DNA from: Leadbetterella sp.
GTDB taxonomy: Bacteria > Bacteroidota > Bacteroidia > Cytophagales > Spirosomataceae
Direction of reading: 5' to 3'
DNA length: 52,069 bases
NCBI GenBank assembly: GCA_051649345.1
Contig: JBOFGX010000173.1
Coordinates: 1 to 52,069 of the forward strand
A model generated the notes under the pieces. It did no database searches. It was not told where the DNA came from and worked only from the letters and a program-made list of their open reading frames with translations. Both the position numbers and the translations under genes were made by a program. Positions 1 to 9,231 of this stretch are shown in pieces. Every line of letters starts with the position of its first letter. Position 1 is the first letter of the stretch.

Positions 1-155
1 TGAGAGCATGGTATACCAACAAAATTGGATTCAAAAAAAATAACCGAGAGTCAGAATGGTCAAATTCAAACAAACGAAAAAACGTAGAATTAACGATTGA
101 TTTTCTTCAAAAAATAAAGGAAGACTATACTTCACTAAAAAAACAATGTGAATAA
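1..155 (+). CDS. 3' end of a hypothetical protein running in from outside the window
   Basis: Open frame from nt 3 (RAWYTNKIGFKK...SLKKQCE) to TAA at 153-155; no family recognised. Confidence 0.45.
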   Translation, partial: RAWYTNKIGFKKNNRESEWSNSNKRKNVELTIDFLQKIKEDYTSLKKQCE

Positions 156-222
156 AGTGGGGTTAAGGAGAGGTCTATTGTTTATCATTTAGAGAGTTTT
201 GTAAGCTGTAGAACAAGGTAAA

Positions 223-561
223 TACTCGACCCTCAAAAAGTACAAGAAGAGAAATTTCTCAGCAAATGAGGTGCGACTGAGGTCAAGCGAAAGAGTATTG
301 GCCTTAATTTTTCATGAATAGGGACAAGTTGCGGGGAAAAATTCGAATAATTTTTCGCTTGCCGGAGTGCCGTATCAGGGGTTTTGGCTTGGATCTGGCC
401 CTCCGGCTTTTTGGCCAATCAAAAAGTAAGTTCCGCCTGAATAGTGTAGCCGTCAAAAAAAGAAAAATACTAGCTTTTTGCTGATATTGATTTTTATTTT
501 CGATTAAAACTAGAATAATAAAATGATATTCAATTATTTATGAGTATTTGAGGGATGACTA
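223..561. mobile_element. MITE/REP-like palindromic element, family A, copy 1
   Basis: Starts TACTCGACCCTCAAAAAG and ends GTATTTGAGGGATGACTA (imperfect terminal inverted repeats); co-linear with copies at 7386 and 7741. Confidence 0.8.
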
Positions 562-707
562 TCTAATGTTTTTTTTCGATTTTCTACTCATTCCCATTGG
601 TGTTATTTGCATTCTTGTGTATGGGGTCTTATACCTTAGACTTAATCTATTTTTTCCGTCAATTCTTTATTGCTTCTGCAGAATCACATGTTTTAAGCTT
701 CTTTATT

Positions 708-795
708 CCAAAATCAGTATTAGACTTGTTGACGAAATATTGTTGGGCAAAGAAGCTACGAAGTACGATCGAGAAAGTATCAAGATACCTATGAG
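708..795. repeat. Half copy of palindromic element family B
   Basis: CCAAAATCAGTATTAGACTTGTTGACGAAATATTG...GATACCTATGAG aligns without gaps to 30526-30613. Confidence 0.8.
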
Positions 796-804
796 GCAAA
801 AAAA

Positions 805-3024
805 CTATGAAATCCAATAGTTCAATTTAAATACGAGTCCTCTGTTCTTGTTTTTGAAAAGTGGATTTGTAAAGTAATTATCTGAATATACCAAAAAGAA
901 ATCAGACATAGGTGAATATCTATATTGCAGCCTACTATTGATATTCAAGTTATTACCTTGGGTATTAAACTGCACAAAAGTTGTCCAAAATGTCTTATTC
1001 GAAAAATTGATTTCTGTTTTGGGGCTAAATAATAGTAAAACCGTAGTACCGTACTCATCAGGAAACTGTATATGATTGTACTCAGAATTTAAAGAAAATG
1101 TCCAAAAAGGCTGTTTTCTGATGGTCAAATCCAAAGATAGTTGATTAAGATAGGCATTATAAAATCCTCCCGACTGAAAACCCCCACCTATAAAAAAGTT
1201 TTTTCTTGTATCCGAAACGTAGTTTAACTCTGCATTTAGATATCTGTATGACCCTGGCCTGAGAGGTTTTTTGTCTGGCAAAGGAAAATAATACTTCAAA
1301 TACTCATCAGAATATGATAATTCGGCATTGAAATTGGAAGAATTCTTAAAATTCATATAATATACAAGACCGTTAGACCACTCGTTTCGTTTACCATCTT
1401 GAAACCAATTCACATAATTGTTAAGCTCAAATCCATGTAAAGCAATCTTACCCGATTTCGGTCTAATTCTATAATTAAATTCCGAATAACTTTGCTTAAA
1501 TCCATTTCTATATATTATTTCATCTGAATCATACGTGTCTCCAGTCGTTGAAGATGTTTCTATTCTATTAACAAAACCCATATCAGCGTAATAGTTGTCT
1601 CCCACATCATTCAAGTCAGTTAAAAACTCAAACTTGTTACTCGAATACCGAAATCCTCCAATCAAAAATTGATTTTTCCCTGTAACATTGGGTTTAAACG
1701 AAAAATGCCCCCCAGCCCAACCTGTCCATTTTCCAGAAGCTGAACTGTATGAGTACTCTAAACCTGCATTTCTTCCAAATTTGGCTAGAGGATCCTTATC
1801 TGACTCAGCGTCTGTGATATCTGTGGATATATTATGGACATAGGCCTTTATATTGCTACGTGCACCTACACGCTGTATCATAGACAAAGCGGTAAAATTT
1901 TGGGCAGCAGCATCACTCGTACTTGCTGTTTGCATATTGAAAACACCTATCCTAAGTTTTTCGGTAATATTTCCCGATAACTTAGCTCCAAAAAGTATAG
2001 GGATAGGGTTATTATCTTTGTCTATTCCTATTCTTCTGCTAAAAAATGGCTGTATAGGCGGATTGCCATAGCCTGAAAAGACATCATCGTTCTCCAGGAA
2101 GAAAGTTCGCCTTTCGGGAAAAAATATACTAAAACGCGTAAGATTCGTCACTTGCTGATCAACATCTACTTGACTAAAATCGGGGAGCAAAGTAAAATCC
2201 ATATTCAAAGAAGAACTTAATGAAAGCTTAGCATCAAATCCAACACCCCCTGTAAAATTTGAAGATTCAGATCTTTCTTTATTTACTCCACCGGTTAGAT
2301 AAGGTATGATTGCATAGTTCTTTTTGGTTTTAGGTAATTGCCCTTCCAAGTGCAAACTTCCTGTATAGCCTAAGTCAAACCCAGGAAATTGGACAGGAAC
2401 GTGTGTCCAAGTATAAAACTTGTACTTCTTTTGATCGGCACGAATAATGTTTACACCCCACACATTATTGTTAGCATCATAGCGTAGCGTTTTAAAGGGT
2501 ATTGCCATTTCGATGTAATAGCCCTTTGGGTCACGTTTTGCTCCTGAAAACCATTTGTTATCCCAAGCCGTATTCAGGGAATTTCCATCAGAACTGCCCC
2601 CAATTAAATATTCTGTCTGTACATTAAATGGCGTAACTGAAAAACCAAAACCACTACTTTTTTTATTGATCGGATCGAGAATTACTGCAATTCCATCTGC
2701 CTCTCTAATGCTTAAATCTCTCTTTAAGCTAGGAGCCACATAGGTGTTTAAAGAATCAAAACACCAAATAGCAAAATATATAAACTGATCATCAAAAACG
2801 CATTTAACTTCGGTCTTAAGCTCAGCTTTGGATTTGTCATTGGGGAATTTCTCCCAAAAATCTCCCACACTCTGTGCACCAGACCATTCTTCGGCCGTTA
2901 AATCACCGTCAACCTTGATGCTAGTCTTTGTTTTTTTTCCATAAAACTTATAATTTTCTTGAAAATTTTGAGCATGCGAAAACGTAGAAAAAAGTACTGC
3001 GATCAGAACTAGAGATTTAGTCAT
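805..3024 (-). CDS. DUF5916-family outer-membrane beta-barrel protein with N-terminal CBM9-like domain
   Basis: Signal peptide from ATG 3024 (MTKSLVLIAV...HAQ); IKVDGDL..EEW CBM9-like start; PDFSQVDVDQQVTNLTRFSIFFPERRTFFLE motif; aromatic C-terminal strand. Start moved from 3051 because a promoter box overlaps that codon. Confidence 0.75.
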   Translation of the reverse strand: MTKSLVLIAVLFSTFSHAQNFQENYKFYGKKTKTSIKVDGDLTAEEWSGAQSVGDFWEKFPNDKSKAELKTEVKCVFDDQFIYFAIWCFDSLNTYVAPSLKRDLSIREADGIAVILDPINKKSSGFGFSVTPFNVQTEYLIGGSSDGNSLNTAWDNKWFSGAKRDPKGYYIEMAIPFKTLRYDANNNVWGVNIIRADQKKYKFYTWTHVPVQFPGFDLGYTGSLHLEGQLPKTKKNYAIIPYLTGGVNKERSESSNFTGGVGFDAKLSLSSSLNMDFTLLPDFSQVDVDQQVTNLTRFSIFFPERRTFFLENDDVFSGYGNPPIQPFFSRRIGIDKDNNPIPILFGAKLSGNITEKLRIGVFNMQTASTSDAAAQNFTALSMIQRVGARSNIKAYVHNISTDITDAESDKDPLAKFGRNAGLEYSYSSASGKWTGWAGGHFSFKPNVTGKNQFLIGGFRYSSNKFEFLTDLNDVGDNYYADMGFVNRIETSSTTGDTYDSDEIIYRNGFKQSYSEFNYRIRPKSGKIALHGFELNNYVNWFQDGKRNEWSNGLVYYMNFKNSSNFNAELSYSDEYLKYYFPLPDKKPLRPGSYRYLNAELNYVSDTRKNFFIGGGFQSGGFYNAYLNQLSLDLTIRKQPFWTFSLNSEYNHIQFPDEYGTTVLLLFSPKTEINFSNKTFWTTFVQFNTQGNNLNINSRLQYRYSPMSDFFLVYSDNYFTNPLFKNKNRGLVFKLNYWIS

Positions 3025-3048
3025 GTAATAATATTGAAGAAGTTGAAA

Positions 3049-3056
3049 CAAAATTA
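3049..3056 (-). promoter_or_regulatory. Bacteroidota primary-sigma -7 box (TAATTTTG) for the DUF5916 gene
   Basis: Matches TAnnTTTG, with TTG 21 nt upstream. Confidence 0.55.
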
Positions 3057-3642
3057 CGGTTTAATCTAATTTCCAATCAACAAAGGACGAATTAATATCT
3101 CCTCTGCATTCGATTTACTCCCAATTGAGATAATAGTTTATTCCTGATTAAATCATTCTGGAGCATTTAATGCCCTTCTAGGTGCGGAATACTAATCGAC
3201 GTAACTGATCCTGTGATTATCTATTTTGCTTTCAAAAAGTGTTAATCTACTAAAAACGTCCATTGGTCTACAAATACAAAAAAAGAAAAAGGCAGTATTT
3301 ACCTTTGTTGTGCATAAAGGTTTTACAGAACAAGCAAACGAATTATACTATATATAAACAATACTTTTGATCAATATCGAAATAGACATTTAAATCATTA
3401 AACGTAAGCAACAGACCGAACGATGACTTTTGTTTGGAAAGTGGATCAGAAAGGCAAATAAAGTCTTTAACAATCCCATTAAAATAATTTTAAAGTCATA
3501 CAAAATACAGTCTAGCACTAACATTCATTTTTTTTAAACCATAATACGGATCTACTTTATTTGGTTTTTACCTATTACCAAAGCTTACTAATCAAATTGT
3601 GTTTTTTGTGTAAATTTTTTAAATCAATCTCTTTAATTTTTT

Positions 3643-6405
3643 ATGAGAATATCAAAATTCATTTTACTACTATTCATTTTTAAAATTACAACTTTCTCAA
3701 TCATTGCACAGGAAAATAGTCTAAACAAAGACCCATCCAAGACCTTAATCAAAGATGAGTTTTATGACAAAACACCCCTATCCCAAGTGTTAAACGATCT
3801 TGTAACTAAATATCAACTTACAATTGAATACGACAAAACCGAAATTGCCAGAACAAATATTACATATTGGTTTGCTGATGTAAATGCTCTAGATGGGCTA
3901 AAAAAAGCCTTAAAGGGCACTCCATTTAAGGTTAGCGTGAATGATAAAAATCAGTTATTTATCATGTCAAAGAGCCAATTTATAGAAAAAAATGCAGACA
4001 GCAAGTACGAAGGGTCCGCCCAGAAGAAGGATTTTACACTCTCTGGGAAAATTACGGATGCTGCTACAGGAGAGACCCTTCCCTTTGCTACAATCAGTAT
4101 TAAGAACTCCAAAAATAACAGCCAGACCAATGTTGACGGTATCTTCACGCTTTTTAAAGTCCCAAGCGATACATCTTCATTAGAAATCAGCTACATAGGG
4201 TTTAAGAATAGAACATTCAAACTCAATCCCAATATCAAATTTGATAATTTCATAATTGAACTTGAGCCATCTGTTGGGGTTCTTAACGAGGTTATAATTG
4301 AAGGAGAAAAAACAGAAGTGGTAAAAGCTAATGAAATAGTGGGTATGATAAAAATGACCCCTAAGAATATTGCAAAATTACCAAATGTAGGAGAAAGGGA
4401 TCCCTTCAGAGCATTTCAATTAATGCCAGGCGTAAGTGCTTCAAATGAATCTTCATCTGGATTGTACGTAAGAGGAGGTACTCCCGATCAAACACTCGTA
4501 CTTTATGATGGTTTTACGGTATATCATGTTGACCACCTTTTTGGATTCTTCTCGGCTTTCAATTACAATGCTATCAAAGATATTCAGCTTTACAGAGGTG
4601 GTTTCGATGCAAAGTTTGGAGGTAGAATATCTGGAGTTGCAGAAATTACGGGTAAAGACGGCAACAAAAAAGAATTTAATGCAGGTGCAGACTTAAGTCT
4701 TTTGAGTGTAAATGGATTTGTAGAAACACCCATTGGTGATAAAGCTACTCTCTTAGTTGCAGGTCGCAGATCGTATAAAGGCCCCTTGTACAATAAGATA
4801 TTTGACAGCTTCGCTGATCAGCAAGAAACGAATAATCAGGGAGGTGCTCCTGGAGGAACAGGAGGAGGATTCGGTGGCGGATTTGGAGCATTTAGTAATG
4901 ATGTGAAGGCAAATTCTTATTTCTATGATATAAACTCTAAGTTTACTTATAGACCTTCACAAAAAGACATTCTTTCTTTAAGCTTTTATAATGGTACTGA
5001 CGATATGGATAACTCTACCAGCACTTCCTTTTCTGGCAGAGGGTCCTTCGGTGGTGGTGGAGGCGGTGGCTTATCCAACTTTAACACTTCTACCACTGAT
5101 GTATCCAATTGGGGAAATACAGGGAGTAGCTTAAAATGGTCTCGGAATTGGGGCAAAAGATTGTATAGCAACTCTCTCGTTAGCTACTCCAATTACTTTT
5201 CTAACAGAGATAACACTAGAAACATTTCTCTACCTACCTCTACGGATCAGTCAAGAGAGATAAAAATTGGGCAACTCGAAGACAACAATTTGAATGACCT
5301 ATCCCTAAAAACGGATTTCGAATTCAAGCTAAATCCGTCCAATCAGTTGGAATTTGGGGGTCACTATACAGCTAATAGAATAGAGTATAAATACAGCCAA
5401 AACGATACGACCACTATTTTGGATAGAAATGATGAAGGTAAAATAACCGCGTTTTACGTACAAGATAAGATAAAAATTGGGGGCACTAAACTTCAAATAA
5501 CTCCTGGAATTAGAGCCACGAACTTTGATGTAACTGGAAAAACGTATTTTGAACCTAGATTGAATGCGAATTTCAACGTTACAAGTAAGTTTAAAATTAA
5601 AGGTGCGGCTGGTATTTATTATCAAATCGTGAAACAAATAAACAGAGAGGATATTTCGGCAGGAAACAGAAACTTCTGGATACTGGCCAATGATAGCAAT
5701 TTGCCAGTTACACAATCAAATCACCTCATTTTGGGAGGTAGTTATGAAACCAAGAACTACTTACTCGATGTAGAATTTTACCAAAAGCAAAACAGCAACA
5801 TCACAGAATATACTCTCAGATTTGTTCGCCAAATTGGCTTGGGCTTACAAGCTGATGAAACTTTTTTTAATGGTAGCGAAACTATCAAAGGAGTAGATGT
5901 TTTGCTTCAAAAAAAATATGGCAGTTTTAATGGATGGCTTGCCTATACTTTTTCAGAATCGAAAAGAAACATAGCTGCTTTTTCGGATAAACCATACTAT
6001 TCTGATCAAGATGTGAGACACCAGTTTAAAGCTGTGGGATCCTATAAAGTCAAAAAATGGGATTTAGCGGCTACGCTCGTTTATTCAACAGGTAGACCTT
6101 ATACATCTATCATTGGTGCATATTCTATTGATCTTTTGGATAATACCAAACGAGATTTCACCAATCCGTCTGATAAAAATGCAAATAGACTACCTGACTA
6201 CCATAGATTAGATCTTTCTGCGACTTACAACTTCAATCATAACTTCAACGTAGGATTTTCAGTCTTTAATGTTTACAATCGTACCAATGTATGGTACAAG
6301 CGTTATGAAGTAATCAATGATAATGACGTTTCTTATCTCAATACTACCAATGTAAACTATTTGGGTTTTACGCCAAATGTGATTCTAAGTTGGAAATTAA
6401 AATAA
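3643..6405 (+). CDS. TonB-dependent receptor (STN-like domain, carboxypeptidase-regulatory-like domain, plug, barrel)
   Basis: GKITDAATGETLPFATI; plug motifs LMPGV and LYVRGGTPDQ; RLPDYHRLDLS; C-terminal beta strand. Confidence 0.9.
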   Translation: MRISKFILLLFIFKITTFSIIAQENSLNKDPSKTLIKDEFYDKTPLSQVLNDLVTKYQLTIEYDKTEIARTNITYWFADVNALDGLKKALKGTPFKVSVNDKNQLFIMSKSQFIEKNADSKYEGSAQKKDFTLSGKITDAATGETLPFATISIKNSKNNSQTNVDGIFTLFKVPSDTSSLEISYIGFKNRTFKLNPNIKFDNFIIELEPSVGVLNEVIIEGEKTEVVKANEIVGMIKMTPKNIAKLPNVGERDPFRAFQLMPGVSASNESSSGLYVRGGTPDQTLVLYDGFTVYHVDHLFGFFSAFNYNAIKDIQLYRGGFDAKFGGRISGVAEITGKDGNKKEFNAGADLSLLSVNGFVETPIGDKATLLVAGRRSYKGPLYNKIFDSFADQQETNNQGGAPGGTGGGFGGGFGAFSNDVKANSYFYDINSKFTYRPSQKDILSLSFYNGTDDMDNSTSTSFSGRGSFGGGGGGGLSNFNTSTTDVSNWGNTGSSLKWSRNWGKRLYSNSLVSYSNYFSNRDNTRNISLPTSTDQSREIKIGQLEDNNLNDLSLKTDFEFKLNPSNQLEFGGHYTANRIEYKYSQNDTTTILDRNDEGKITAFYVQDKIKIGGTKLQITPGIRATNFDVTGKTYFEPRLNANFNVTSKFKIKGAAGIYYQIVKQINREDISAGNRNFWILANDSNLPVTQSNHLILGGSYETKNYLLDVEFYQKQNSNITEYTLRFVRQIGLGLQADETFFNGSETIKGVDVLLQKKYGSFNGWLAYTFSESKRNIAAFSDKPYYSDQDVRHQFKAVGSYKVKKWDLAATLVYSTGRPYTSIIGAYSIDLLDNTKRDFTNPSDKNANRLPDYHRLDLSATYNFNHNFNVGFSVFNVYNRTNVWYKRYEVINDNDVSYLNTTNVNYLGFTPNVILSWKLK

Positions 6406-6416
6406 TAATTACTAAA

Positions 6417-7259
6417 ATGAAAAAATACATAATTAGTCTTTCAATAGCAACAATTGCACTTTTTAACTCAGCTTGTACCGAAACCAACAACGTTGTTGCA
6501 TCTGGTGATAAACCTGTCATAATAGCCTATTTGAACCCCGGCAGTAGGATAGAGTTAAGTATAAAAACTGAAATCCCTTACTCTGAAAATGCTGAAGCAG
6601 TATCTACTAGTATCGACAACTTATCTGTAAGTATCAAAGGCAGCGATGGTAGTAATTATACTTTGAAATCTATCGGCGGTGGAGTTTACCAGTCTGAGGC
6701 GAATCAAGTAGTTGGGAAAAGCGGTTTGACTTATACCTTGGAGTTTGATTATAAAGGACGTAAAATAGAAGCCAGTACAGTAATACCGGCAAAACCCACA
6801 GGCTTCAAACTAGATAAATACGAGATGCCACGAACCAAAATTGATCTTAGTGGAGGATTTGGAGGGGGAGGTGGATTCCAAGGCACCAATAACACCACGC
6901 CCATAATAGCGTCATGGATAAATCCTGAAAGCGACTACCATTTTTTAGCAGCTGAAAATATTGAAACTACACCTGAAAACGTATTAACCTTACCTTCTGG
7001 TGTAACCTTGCCCAGTAGACGATTTACACAATCTCCTGTTTTAGGTACAAGTAGCAATCTCCAACCCCCATCATTTGAATATTTTGGTAAATACAATGTA
7101 ATACTATACCGGGTTAATGTTGAATATGCCGATTTATATCGTTCAGGAGGTACTACGACTCAAAACATTAGTACACCTCCTAGTAATATCAAAAATGGGT
7201 TGGGAATATTTACGGGTATTAACTCAGATACCTTACGGTTAACAGTCACAAAACAATAA
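6417..7259 (+). CDS. DUF4249-like lipoprotein partner of the TonB receptor
   Basis: Lipoprotein signal MKKYIISLSIATIALFNSAC from ATG 6417; C-terminal PPSNIKNGLGIFTG; directly follows the receptor gene. Confidence 0.8.
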   Translation: MKKYIISLSIATIALFNSACTETNNVVASGDKPVIIAYLNPGSRIELSIKTEIPYSENAEAVSTSIDNLSVSIKGSDGSNYTLKSIGGGVYQSEANQVVGKSGLTYTLEFDYKGRKIEASTVIPAKPTGFKLDKYEMPRTKIDLSGGFGGGGGFQGTNNTTPIIASWINPESDYHFLAAENIETTPENVLTLPSGVTLPSRRFTQSPVLGTSSNLQPPSFEYFGKYNVILYRVNVEYADLYRSGGTTTQNISTPPSNIKNGLGIFTGINSDTLRLTVTKQ

Positions 7260-7284
7260 TCTAATTCTTACCTTATTTATTCAA

Positions 7285-7312
7285 AAAAAGGCCATCATTT
7301 GATGGCCTTTTT
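7285..7312 (+). terminator. Intrinsic terminator (bidirectional form)
   Basis: AAAAAGGCCATCA-TT-TGATGGCCTTTTT downstream of the lipoprotein stop. Confidence 0.85.
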
Positions 7313-7385
7313 GGGTATTAAACGGAACTATGCATAAGACTACTTGACAAAATTTCATGTCTCAAATAAGCTTGAATAAAATAAC

Positions 7386-7738
7386 TAGTCGACCTTCAAA
7401 AAGTACAAGAAGAGAAATTTTTCAGCAAATGAGGTGCGGCTGAGGTCAAACGAAAGAGTGTTGGCCTGAATTTTTTATGTAACAAGGATAAGCAAAGGGA
7501 AAAAATTCGGACAATTTTTCGCTTGCCGGAATGCCGTATCAGGGCTTTTGGCTTGGGTCCGTCCGTACGGCTTTTTGGCCAATCAAAAAGTAAGTTCCGC
7601 CTGAATATGGCAGCCGTCGAAAAAAGAGAAAATACCAGCTTTTTGGTGATATTGATTGCTTTTTGGTATTTAATTTTGATAAAAAATTAGAGTACTAAAT
7701 TGATATTTAAATATTTATGAGTTTTTGAGGGTCGACTA
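7386..7738. mobile_element. MITE/REP-like element, family A, copy 2
   Basis: TAGTCGACCTTCAAAAA ... TTTTTGAGGGTCGACTA, 16/17 terminal inverted repeat match. Confidence 0.85.
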
Positions 7739-7740
7739 AA

Positions 7741-8061
7741 TAGTCTACCCTCAAAAAGTACAAGAAGAGAAATTTTTCAGCAAATGAGGTGCGGCTGAGG
7801 TCAAGCGAAAGAGTGTTGGCCTGAATTTTTCAAGAATAGGGACAAGTTGAGTGGAAAAATTCGGACAATTTTTCGCTTGTGGGGTTTTTGCTTACTTTTT
7901 GACCAATCAAAAAGTAAGTTCCGCCTGAATAAGGCAGCCGTCAAAAAAGAGAAAATACCAGCTTTTTGGTGATATTGATTACTTTTTGGTATTTATTTTT
8001 GATAAAAAAATATAATAATAAAATGATATTCAATTCTTTATGAGTATGTGAGGGACGACTA
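7741..8061. mobile_element. MITE/REP-like element, family A, copy 3 (tandem with copy 2)
   Basis: TAGTCTACCCTCAAAAAG ... TGTGAGGGACGACTA; begins 2 nt after copy 2 ends. Confidence 0.85.
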
Positions 8062-8097
8062 ACTAGTAGCTATTGAGCTTCTCTACAATACCCTATT

Positions 8098-8175
8098 TAG
8101 TTGACCCTCACAAAGTACCTATTGATCCATTTTTCTTAAAATGAAGTGCGGTTGAGGTCGAGCGGTAGTCGACTA
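8098..8175. repeat. Internally deleted family A copy 4
   Basis: TAGTTGACCCTCACAAAGTAC...AAATGAAGTGCGGTTGAGGTCGAGCG joined to terminal GTCGACTA. Confidence 0.65.
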
Positions 8176-8204
8176 GAAAAAACGCCAACAATTTAAATCG
8201 TAAA

Positions 8205-9077
8205 CTACTCTCCCCAATGGTTGTACAAGGTCTTTGCGACATTTCGTATTAGCTTATATCCTTCATTGTTTTTAGCATACGATATATCCGTTTGATTTTT
8301 TGTCACCACACAATAAATATATGTACTTTTAGAGCCAAATACCAACGTGCACTCAGATCGAGAGCGGTCAACCGCCCCTGTTTTAGATGCGAACTTGATA
8401 TTCACAGGTAATACACTTAATCCTTCTTCATCCCAAAACTGATTTCCCAAGGTACGCAGCATCCTTTCACTCGCAGATTTTGAAACTACTTTTCCTTCAT
8501 ACAAAAGCCTGAAAAGCTGAACCATAGATTTAGGAGTACATTCTCCCCAACCATATTGTACCCTATTCATCTCCCGACCTTTCACTCTTGAATTTACCTT
8601 TATATGTCGTAACCCCAATGAATCCATGATTCTGTTGATCTTTTCCCCTCCCACAATCCTTTGTAGCCATAGACTCCCTGTATTATCAGAAATAGACTCC
8701 ATAAGATATACAAGCTCTGAAAGAGAAATTACTGTACTATCTTTGAATGACCCAACTACACCGTTGTCATAATCCAATGAATCACGATATACCAACTCCT
8801 GATCGTAGTTCAATTCCCCATTCTGTATCAAATCAAAAACTCCAATCATGATAGGCACCTTTATCAGGCTAGCAGTCGGATATAGAGTATCCGAATTAAC
8901 TGACACCATTTTATTTGAATTTAGATTAATAGCATATACACCAGCTACGCCTTTAAATTCAGAAATCATTCTTTCTATTTCAGCCTGAGCCTTCTTGTGG
9001 GTAGTTTGGGCACTTATACAAAATGATACTCCCGTGAGCATAAACGTCATAAAGAGATTTAAACATGAGCCTTTCAT
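8205..9077 (-). CDS. Serine hydrolase of the class A beta-lactamase-like family
   Basis: SLIK (SxxK), SDN and KTG motifs; signal peptide. Confidence 0.85.
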   Translation of the reverse strand: MKGSCLNLFMTFMLTGVSFCISAQTTHKKAQAEIERMISEFKGVAGVYAINLNSNKMVSVNSDTLYPTASLIKVPIMIGVFDLIQNGELNYDQELVYRDSLDYDNGVVGSFKDSTVISLSELVYLMESISDNTGSLWLQRIVGGEKINRIMDSLGLRHIKVNSRVKGREMNRVQYGWGECTPKSMVQLFRLLYEGKVVSKSASERMLRTLGNQFWDEEGLSVLPVNIKFASKTGAVDRSRSECTLVFGSKSTYIYCVVTKNQTDISYAKNNEGYKLIRNVAKTLYNHWGE

Positions 9078-9179
9078 AAGAAAAAAGTAATTAGCAAAGA
9101 TAGGATTTTGTGATGCTGATTTTATAACGCAAAGAAGTCTTTGCTTAGGAAATATAATTGAAACTTATGACTTAAAACG

Positions 9180-9205
9180 AAAAGAGCACCTATTTCTAGG
9201 TGCTC
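9180..9205 (-). terminator. Intrinsic terminator of the GH9 gene
   Basis: GAGCACCTA-loop-TAGGTGCTC followed by TTTT on the minus strand. Confidence 0.75.
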
Positions 9206-9231
9206 CTTTGTGTTATAATTGAATAGGTCGG

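Noticed and set aside
233-820. Short ORFs 233-418, 548-820 and 597-794
   Set aside because: They read through repeat families A and B, are not preserved in other copies and have no recognisable protein features.
7386-8175. CRISPR array or integron attC array
   Set aside because: Units are >300 bp and similar along their whole length, with no unique spacers or cassette ORFs and no cas or intI gene.
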